A DNA stretch of 64,000 bases from Candidatus Latescibacterota bacterium (GTDB lineage: Bacteria; Latescibacterota; CBDEFO01): the NCBI GenBank assembly GCA_965237525.1, contig CBDEFO010000008.1:1888001-1952000 (forward strand), in the 5' to 3' direction. Positions 57,715-64,000 of this stretch are shown here, piece by piece. Under the pieces are notes generated by a model. That model was given only the letters and a program-made list of their open reading frames with translations, was not told the DNA's origin and did not search any database. The translations under genes were made by a program, and so were the position numbers. Position 1 is the stretch's first letter. Each line of letters starts with the position of its first letter.

Positions 57715-58317
57715 TTGGAATTTAAGTACTGGCTCCTCCCGATCATCAGCGCGGCGGTCGGATGGTTTACAAACTATGTGGCCGTAAAGATGATCTTCCA
57801 TCCCCGAAGGAGGATAGAGTTCTGGGGGCTTTCGATACAGGGTCTGCTCCCCAAAAGACAGGGGCAGCTTGCCGAGAGTATAGGAAGAATTGTCGAGGAA
57901 GAGCTCCTTACACACGCAGATATAAGACGTGCAATTTTTGAGGATGGATTTTGCGACACTGCGGCGGACGTGATAGGTCGCAGGATAGACGAAACAGTGG
58001 ACTACAAGCTGAAACCGTACAGTATCTTCCTGAAGAACTCGGTCGCCAAGAAAGCCCTTCAGAGATTCAAGGATGCTCTGACCTACGAAGCTGTTTCTCT
58101 CATTCCTGATGTATCGGATGAGATGATGAAGCGCATCGAGGAGAACATAAAGATAAGGGACATGGTAAAGGATAAGATAGAAAAGTTCGACATGGATAAG
58201 TTCGAAGGCATAGTATTCAAAGTAGCCGATAAGGAGTTTAAACATATAGAGATGTTCGGAGGGGTACTGGGATTTTTGATAGGGGTTCTGCAGATGGTGT
58301 TAATAAAGCTTTTGTAA
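57715..58317 (+). CDS. DUF445 membrane protein
   Basis: GWFTNYVAVKMIFHP, QGLLPKR, IEMFGGVLGFLIG. Confidence 0.88.
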   Translation: MEFKYWLLPIISAAVGWFTNYVAVKMIFHPRRRIEFWGLSIQGLLPKRQGQLAESIGRIVEEELLTHADIRRAIFEDGFCDTAADVIGRRIDETVDYKLKPYSIFLKNSVAKKALQRFKDALTYEAVSLIPDVSDEMMKRIEENIKIRDMVKDKIEKFDMDKFEGIVFKVADKEFKHIEMFGGVLGFLIGVLQMVLIKLL

Positions 58318-58333
58318 AACAAGGAGGTCGCGC

Positions 58334-59275
58334 TTGATTGAAGTTGAAAACCTAACAAAATACTACGGGAGAGTCCCGGCCGTTGAGGACATCGCTTTCC
58401 GGGTTGAGAAGGGAGAGATTCTGGGCTTCTTAGGCCCAAACGGTGCGGGCAAGACGACGACCATGCGGATTTTGACCTGCTACCTCCCTGCGTCTTCGGG
58501 AACGGCGAAAGTGGCAGGGTTCGATGTTTTCGAAAACTCGATGGATGTCCGAAGGAGGATCGGCTATCTGCCGGAGCATCCCCCTTTGTACAACGAGATG
58601 ACGGTCAGGTCGTATATGAAGTACGTGGCCAGGATAAAGGGCGTGCCGTCGTCGGAGAGGAAAAAGAGATTCGACGTGGTAAAAGAGCAGTGCGCTATAG
58701 GTGAGGTCTGGAATACGATAATAAGTAAGCTGTCCAAGGGCTATAGACAGAGAGTGGGGCTTGCTCAGGCTCTCATCCACGATCCGGAGGTCCTGATATT
58801 GGATGAGCCTACGGTCGGCCTGGATCCCAAGCAGATAATCGAGGTGAGGGAGTTGATCAAGGACCTTGCTGGGGAGCACACAATAATCTTAAGCACGCAC
58901 ATATTGCCTGAGGTGGAGATGACCTGCCAGCGGGTCGTAATAATCAACAGGGGCAGGATAGTGGCAGAAGATACGCCTGAAAAACTTGTATCGAGGCTCA
59001 AAGGGGCAAATACCCTCTTTTTGAAGGTTGAGGGTCCACCTGAGGATGTGCTGAATACGATAAGAGCAATCCAGGATGTGAGCAAGGTCAGTCTGGACGG
59101 GGTGGCAGATGAGAACCAAATAAACAGCTATCTTGTGGAGAGCCAGATAACCAGCGACATAAGGGCGCAGGTTGCTTCCCGGATAGTGGCGGGCAATTTC
59201 TCTCTCCTGGAGATGAGACCCGTGGAACTAAGATTGGAGGACATCTTCCTTCAGCTTACTGCGGAGGAAAGCTGA
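58334..59275 (+). CDS. ABC transporter ATPase (GldA-like)
   Basis: GPNGAGKTT, LSKGYRQR, LDEPT. Confidence 0.92.
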   Translation: MIEVENLTKYYGRVPAVEDIAFRVEKGEILGFLGPNGAGKTTTMRILTCYLPASSGTAKVAGFDVFENSMDVRRRIGYLPEHPPLYNEMTVRSYMKYVARIKGVPSSERKKRFDVVKEQCAIGEVWNTIISKLSKGYRQRVGLAQALIHDPEVLILDEPTVGLDPKQIIEVRELIKDLAGEHTIILSTHILPEVEMTCQRVVIINRGRIVAEDTPEKLVSRLKGANTLFLKVEGPPEDVLNTIRAIQDVSKVSLDGVADENQINSYLVESQITSDIRAQVASRIVAGNFSLLEMRPVELRLEDIFLQLTAEES

Positions 59276-60063
59276 TGAGAAATTTTTGGGCTGTCTACAC
59301 AAAAGAGCTGAAGACGTACTTCGTATCTCCTATAGCTTACACCGTAGCTGGGGTCTTTATCTTTCTGTCCGGTTACTTCTTCAACAATCTCCTCAAGGAG
59401 TTCAGCAGGATCTGCTTTACCTACACACAGCAGATGTCAAGAATGGGCGGCCAGATCCCCCTGCTGAATCTGAACGAGTGGGTGGTAACACCTTTCTTCG
59501 GCGTGATGGACTTTATTTGGCTCCTAATGATTCCGATGCTGACGATGCGGCTCTATTCGGAGGAGAAGAAAGCGGGGACGATGGAGCTCCTGATGACTTC
59601 GCCTATCACTACAGTTCAGGTCCTGCTCGGCAAGTTCTTCGCATGTTTTACGCTGTACCTTGCTATTGTGGCCACCACGATCGTATTTCCGATACTCCTT
59701 GAGATATACGCCGAGCCCGATTGGGGACCCATATTATCGGCTTATGCCGGGGTCATTCTGATGGGTTCGACGTTCATAGCGATAGGAGTCTTTATGTCGT
59801 CGCTTACGGAGAACCAGATAGTGGCTGTGATAGCAACTTTCGGGTTTATCCTTTTGTTCTGGCTACTGGACTGGTCCGCAAGTTTTGCCGGTCCGACATT
59901 GGGTGAGGTTCTCAGGTATTTGTCTATAATGCAGCATCTTGCGGACTTCCACAAGGGAGTGATAGATACCAATGATGTGGTCTATTACATAAGCTTCATC
60001 GCATTTGCTCTCTTCTTGACATATTCAGTCATAGAATCCAGGAGATGGAGGAGCGGAGTATGA
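59275..60063 (+). CDS. ABC-2 permease (GldF-like)
   Basis: YFVSPIAY, TMRLYSEEK..GTMELL, ENQIVA. Confidence 0.9.
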   Translation: MRNFWAVYTKELKTYFVSPIAYTVAGVFIFLSGYFFNNLLKEFSRICFTYTQQMSRMGGQIPLLNLNEWVVTPFFGVMDFIWLLMIPMLTMRLYSEEKKAGTMELLMTSPITTVQVLLGKFFACFTLYLAIVATTIVFPILLEIYAEPDWGPILSAYAGVILMGSTFIAIGVFMSSLTENQIVAVIATFGFILLFWLLDWSASFAGPTLGEVLRYLSIMQHLADFHKGVIDTNDVVYYISFIAFALFLTYSVIESRRWRSGV

Positions 60064-61466
60064 CGAAAATACTCGCAAGCAGGACATTCAAATACGGTTC
60101 TAACGCCATAATTTTGGCCCTGATCGTACTGGGCATAGTGGCCGTAATAAACTATCTTTCCATCGAATATCACAAAAGGTTTGACGTGACGCCGGGAAAG
60201 CTCTACAGCCTTTCCGATCAGACTATAACTGTGCTGAAGAACCTGGATAAAGACATCAAGATCACGGCTTTCTACCGTGAGATGGAGAGCCCTAAATTCA
60301 AGGATCTTCTCCAAGAGTATTCCTATTACTCGGACAGGTTCTCCTACGAGCTCGTAGATCCCGATAAGAATCCAGCCATCGCCAAACAGTACGGGATCAG
60401 GGCCTACAGGACTACACTCATCGAGAGCGACGGCGCCTCCGAAAAGATAGAAAGCGACACAGAAAGGGACCTCACTAACGCTATAATGAAGGTCACAAGG
60501 GATGAAAACAAGGTGATATATTTCACGATGGGGCACGGTGAGGCGGACATTGACAACGATAAGACCAAAGAAGGATACAGCATCTTCAGAGACCGGCTCA
60601 AAGAATCTAACTACAACGTGGAGAAGGTCATACTCGCCCAAGAAGGAGGGATCCCCCAAGACTGCGATCTTTTAGTGGTAGCAGGACCCCAAAACCGCCT
60701 CTTCGACCCGGAGATAGGCTTGATCAGTACGCACCTGGATAAGGGAGGAGATGCCCTGTTCCTTCTGGATCCTTTAGTGGATTCCGGGCTTGAGGCAATG
60801 CTGAGGTCGTGGTCGGTGGAGGTCGGGAACGACTTCGTGGTGGACTTCGGGATTATCGGTAAACTGTTCGGTTTAAGAGACAACACGATGCCCGTGACGA
60901 CCCAGTACGGCAATCACGAAATCACCAAAAAGCATCAGCGCATTATGACGTTCTATCCCCTGGTAAGGTCGGTCTCGGCTATGGATAAAAAGGAATCGGG
61001 GACACAGGTAACAGAGCTGGTTTTGACGAGTTCTGAAAGTTGGGCTGAAAAGAGTGTGGATCTCTTGAAAGGCCCAGCGGGGAAGGTCGAGATAAATCAA
61101 GACCCTGATGAGAAGGGAGGGCCGGTTTCGTTAGCTGTGGTTGTCGTCTCGGATGCACGGATGGCGTCTCAAGATGAAGAGTCCGAGGAGGATGGAGATA
61201 AGAAGTCCAGGATAGTCGTATTCGGAGACCACGACTTCGGGAACAATCAGTTCTTCGGTCAGCAGGGAAACGGCGATCTCCTTATGAACTCAGTAAACTG
61301 GGTACTCGAGGAGGAGGAGCTTATCTCAATTCGTCCCAAGCAGCCCGGCTTCAATCCGGTGACACTCTCGGCAAAGCAGGGGGACGTCGTGTTCTATATA
61401 TCGGTCGTGGCGCTCCCCGCCCTAATTCTGCTTTCTGGAGTGGCGGTCTGGTGGAGAAGAAAATAG
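60060..61466 (+). CDS. GldG-like ABC auxiliary protein
   Basis: RFDVT..YSLS, FTMGHGE, C-terminal TM plus WWRRK. Confidence 0.88.
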   Translation: MTKILASRTFKYGSNAIILALIVLGIVAVINYLSIEYHKRFDVTPGKLYSLSDQTITVLKNLDKDIKITAFYREMESPKFKDLLQEYSYYSDRFSYELVDPDKNPAIAKQYGIRAYRTTLIESDGASEKIESDTERDLTNAIMKVTRDENKVIYFTMGHGEADIDNDKTKEGYSIFRDRLKESNYNVEKVILAQEGGIPQDCDLLVVAGPQNRLFDPEIGLISTHLDKGGDALFLLDPLVDSGLEAMLRSWSVEVGNDFVVDFGIIGKLFGLRDNTMPVTTQYGNHEITKKHQRIMTFYPLVRSVSAMDKKESGTQVTELVLTSSESWAEKSVDLLKGPAGKVEINQDPDEKGGPVSLAVVVVSDARMASQDEESEEDGDKKSRIVVFGDHDFGNNQFFGQQGNGDLLMNSVNWVLEEEELISIRPKQPGFNPVTLSAKQGDVVFYISVVALPALILLSGVAVWWRRK

Positions 61467-61588
61467 TACAGATGGCAGGCTTTAGGGATACCTTTTATGG
61501 ATATAAAGAATCAGGCAAGTAGTGACTTTAGCAATTAGTGCATTAGTTTGGCATCTGCACACGCATAGTGACAACGGAGCATAGCTTT

Positions 61589-62434
61589 ATGTTGGAGCAA
61601 GTTAGTTTCTTTGCTGAAGGTCTAGATCACGCAGAAGGAGTGGCCGTCCATCCCGATGGCGGTGTCTGGTGCGGCGGCGAGGCCGGTCAGATCTATCGAA
61701 TCGATCCATCGGGTAAGAACGTGGAAGAAGTTGCCCACACCGGTGGGTTCGTGCTGGGTTTGGCATTTTCACCTGATGTCAGTTGGCTGGCAATCTGCGA
61801 TGCCGGGAACAAAGCAGTGATGAGATTAGAGCTGTCCACTATGGAGGTTAGCACGTTCGCACAGACGATTGGTGACTGGCAACTTATGCTGCCGAATTAT
61901 CCCGTATTTGCTCGGGACGGGACGCTATACGTTTCGGAGTCAGGCGACTTTGGAAAAGTCAACGGGCGCATATTTCGTTTCGATCGGGAGGGTAACGGTA
62001 CACTCTGGACCCGCGAGACGCTGAATTTCGCCAACGGCATGGCGTTGGATGCGGACGAATCGTACATGTATCTGGTGGAGACCTTCTCCTCGGACGTTTC
62101 GCGTTTTCGCATCAACGCGGACGGTTCCGCGGGTCCAAGAGAACTTTACGTGGATGACATACGCGAAGTCCCGGACGGCCTTGCATTTGATGTGGAGGGC
62201 AATCTCTACTGTTCGTGTTATGCCCCGTCTCGGATTTACAGAATTGATCCCCATGGTCGTACCTCCGTGTTGGTCGAGGACATTACGTGCCACATGTTGT
62301 CCAACTGCACCAACATCGCGTTCGGCGGGCCTGAATTTAAGACCTTGCTGATCACCAATCTGGGGCGCTGGCACGTTTCGCAGCTGCCGATGAATGTGAG
62401 GGGTCTGCCGCTTTCCTGTCATGCCGAGCAATGA
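61589..62434 (+). CDS. SMP-30/gluconolactonase family protein
   Basis: AEG, PN, FANG, PDGLAFDVEGNL, TNIAFGG. Confidence 0.88.
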   Translation: MLEQVSFFAEGLDHAEGVAVHPDGGVWCGGEAGQIYRIDPSGKNVEEVAHTGGFVLGLAFSPDVSWLAICDAGNKAVMRLELSTMEVSTFAQTIGDWQLMLPNYPVFARDGTLYVSESGDFGKVNGRIFRFDREGNGTLWTRETLNFANGMALDADESYMYLVETFSSDVSRFRINADGSAGPRELYVDDIREVPDGLAFDVEGNLYCSCYAPSRIYRIDPHGRTSVLVEDITCHMLSNCTNIAFGGPEFKTLLITNLGRWHVSQLPMNVRGLPLSCHAEQ

Positions 62435-62498
62435 GCTCACCGTGTAGCTCACAGTGTCTGCGGCGAGGGTATTGAAATACTGAAAGGTTTAATTGACG

Positions 62499-63257
62499 AT
62501 GGCTGCATCCATGTTTGAGCTTGATGGGCGCGTGGCGTTGGTCACCGGAGGTGGCAGTGGGCTGGGCCAGGCAATTTCCTGCGGCCTTGCCGACGCTGGC
62601 GCCCGTGTGGCTGTGACCGACAGAAATCTCGAGGGCGCTCGGGAGACCCTTGATATGATCCAGCAGAAGGGGGGAAAGGCCAGGGCCGACCACATGGATG
62701 TCAAGAATCGGGGGGAGATCGAGCAGGTTGTGGCCGATGTTCTCTCCGAATGGCAGGCCATAGACATCCTGGTTAACTCCGCAGGTCTTGCAATCAGGGG
62801 AACGGCGCTCGACTACGCGGAATCCGACTGGGATGAGATTATGGCGATCAATCTGAAGGGAACCTTTTTAACCATGCAGATCGTCGGACGGCACATGGCC
62901 GAACGCAAACGAGGGAAAATCATCAATCTGGCATCCATCGGCGCCTTTGTCGCCTATCCAGGCAGTATGGCTTATCTGGCCAGCAAGGGCGGGGTCGTCC
63001 AGCTGACCAGATCTTTCGCCGTGGAACTGGCCTCCGTCAACGTGCAGGTTAATGCCATTGCACCGTCTCTCTTCGATACGCCTCAGATAAGGAGAGTCCG
63101 TTCTGACTCTTTGGATTACTTTGTCCAGCGGACACCGGCGGGACGGCTGGGACAACCTGAAGAGATTGTAGGCGCCGCCATTTTCCTGGCGTCGGATGCA
63201 TCTCCCATGGTCACCGGACATACACTGGCGGTCGATGGCGGATACCTGTCAGTATAG
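62499..63257 (+). CDS. SDR oxidoreductase
   Basis: TGGGSGLG, NSAG, YLASK. Confidence 0.92.
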   Translation: MAASMFELDGRVALVTGGGSGLGQAISCGLADAGARVAVTDRNLEGARETLDMIQQKGGKARADHMDVKNRGEIEQVVADVLSEWQAIDILVNSAGLAIRGTALDYAESDWDEIMAINLKGTFLTMQIVGRHMAERKRGKIINLASIGAFVAYPGSMAYLASKGGVVQLTRSFAVELASVNVQVNAIAPSLFDTPQIRRVRSDSLDYFVQRTPAGRLGQPEEIVGAAIFLASDASPMVTGHTLAVDGGYLSV

Positions 63258-63314
63258 GCTATCGCCCCCGCATCGATTCATTCCACAGCCACATCCATAT
63301 CGGGAGGTAAAGAG

Positions 63315-64000
63315 ATGGATCTAACAGGAAAAGTAGCCGTAGTGACCGGCGCCGGGGCTGGTATCGGCCGCGGCGTCGGTCTGGCCTTTGCCGAACACGG
63401 CGCTGCTGTTGCCGTCGTGGACATCAACCTGGACGCCGCCCGCGAAACCGCGGGTAAAATCGGCCAGGGGGAAGATAGAGTCCTGGCCGTTCAAGCCGAC
63501 GTGGGGGAGGAAGACAGCGTGGATGCGGCATTCAGCGCCATCGTCGAAAAATTCGGTCAGGTCGACCATTTGCTTAATGTAGCTGGCTTCGAGCTGTACA
63601 AGGAATTTCTGGACTATAGCAGTGGGGAGTGGGACCGACAGTTGGCGGTGAATCTAAAGAGCGTCTTTCTGTGCGCTCGACGAGCGGTACCCCCCATGAT
63701 TCAGGCTGGAGGCGGCAGCATCGTTAATACAGCTTCGGTACAGGCCCTGGCGACGACCGGCAAAATCGCACCGTATGCCGCAGCCAAGGGCGGGATTGTC
63801 GCCATGACCCGTGATATGGCGCGCGATCTTGGGAAATTCAATATCCGCGTCAACTCCATTTTGCCCGGTGTCATTCAAACACCCATGCTGGATCGATCTT
63901 TTGACGATACCGCGGATCGGGATGCCTACATGGAAAAGTTGAAGAAGGCACTCCCCCTGGGTCGAATCGGCGCACCGGCCGATATCGCCAATGTGGCCCT
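63315..64000 (+). CDS. SDR oxidoreductase (3' truncated by window)
   Basis: GGAGG RBS, MDLTGKVAVVTGAGAGIG, YAAAK; not in the ORF track because it lacks a stop. Confidence 0.9.
   Translation, partial: MDLTGKVAVVTGAGAGIGRGVGLAFAEHGAAVAVVDINLDAARETAGKIGQGEDRVLAVQADVGEEDSVDAAFSAIVEKFGQVDHLLNVAGFELYKEFLDYSSGEWDRQLAVNLKSVFLCARRAVPPMIQAGGGSIVNTASVQALATTGKIAPYAAAKGGIVAMTRDMARDLGKFNIRVNSILPGVIQTPMLDRSFDDTADRDAYMEKLKKALPLGRIGAPADIANVA

Noticed and set aside
1111..63878. Many short antisense or overlapping ORFs in the track
   Set aside because: Shadow frames of well-supported genes, with no recognisable motifs

Overview
64 kb of a bacterial chromosome. The FG-GAP proteins with twin EF-hand/dockerin-like tails, long-type IspH and Gld-type ABC genes suggest an FCB-group lineage such as Latescibacterota; this is inference only. 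Housekeeping genes: miaA (partial), dxs, nadA, a TIGR03960/TIGR03936 radical SAM fusion, ispH, mtaB, miaB, lipA, bioB, phoU/Na-Pi transporter, gcvT, polA, cdaA, ispG, rdgB, MoxR/DUF58, a Gld-like ABC system, tRNA-Sec and tRNA-Arg(CCT). Mobile DNA: three near-identical IS1182-family copies with 4-bp target duplications, one decayed IS3-family element, a DUF4258/DUF2283 toxin-antitoxin patch inside a ~365-bp direct repeat, attC-like remnants and an iteron-like origin remnant. The most distinctive signal is a dense set of very small repeats. A 21-23 bp palindrome (T)CCCCGATAGATTCAATCGGGG(A) occurs about 16 times. It sits inside other repeats, inside itself, in frame within proteins, and inside an IS transposase gene, where exact removal of 23 bp restores the frame. 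A (CAGTAGA)n heptamer repeat and GTAG-type REPs also contribute codons and stop codons to host genes. No CRISPR array was found.
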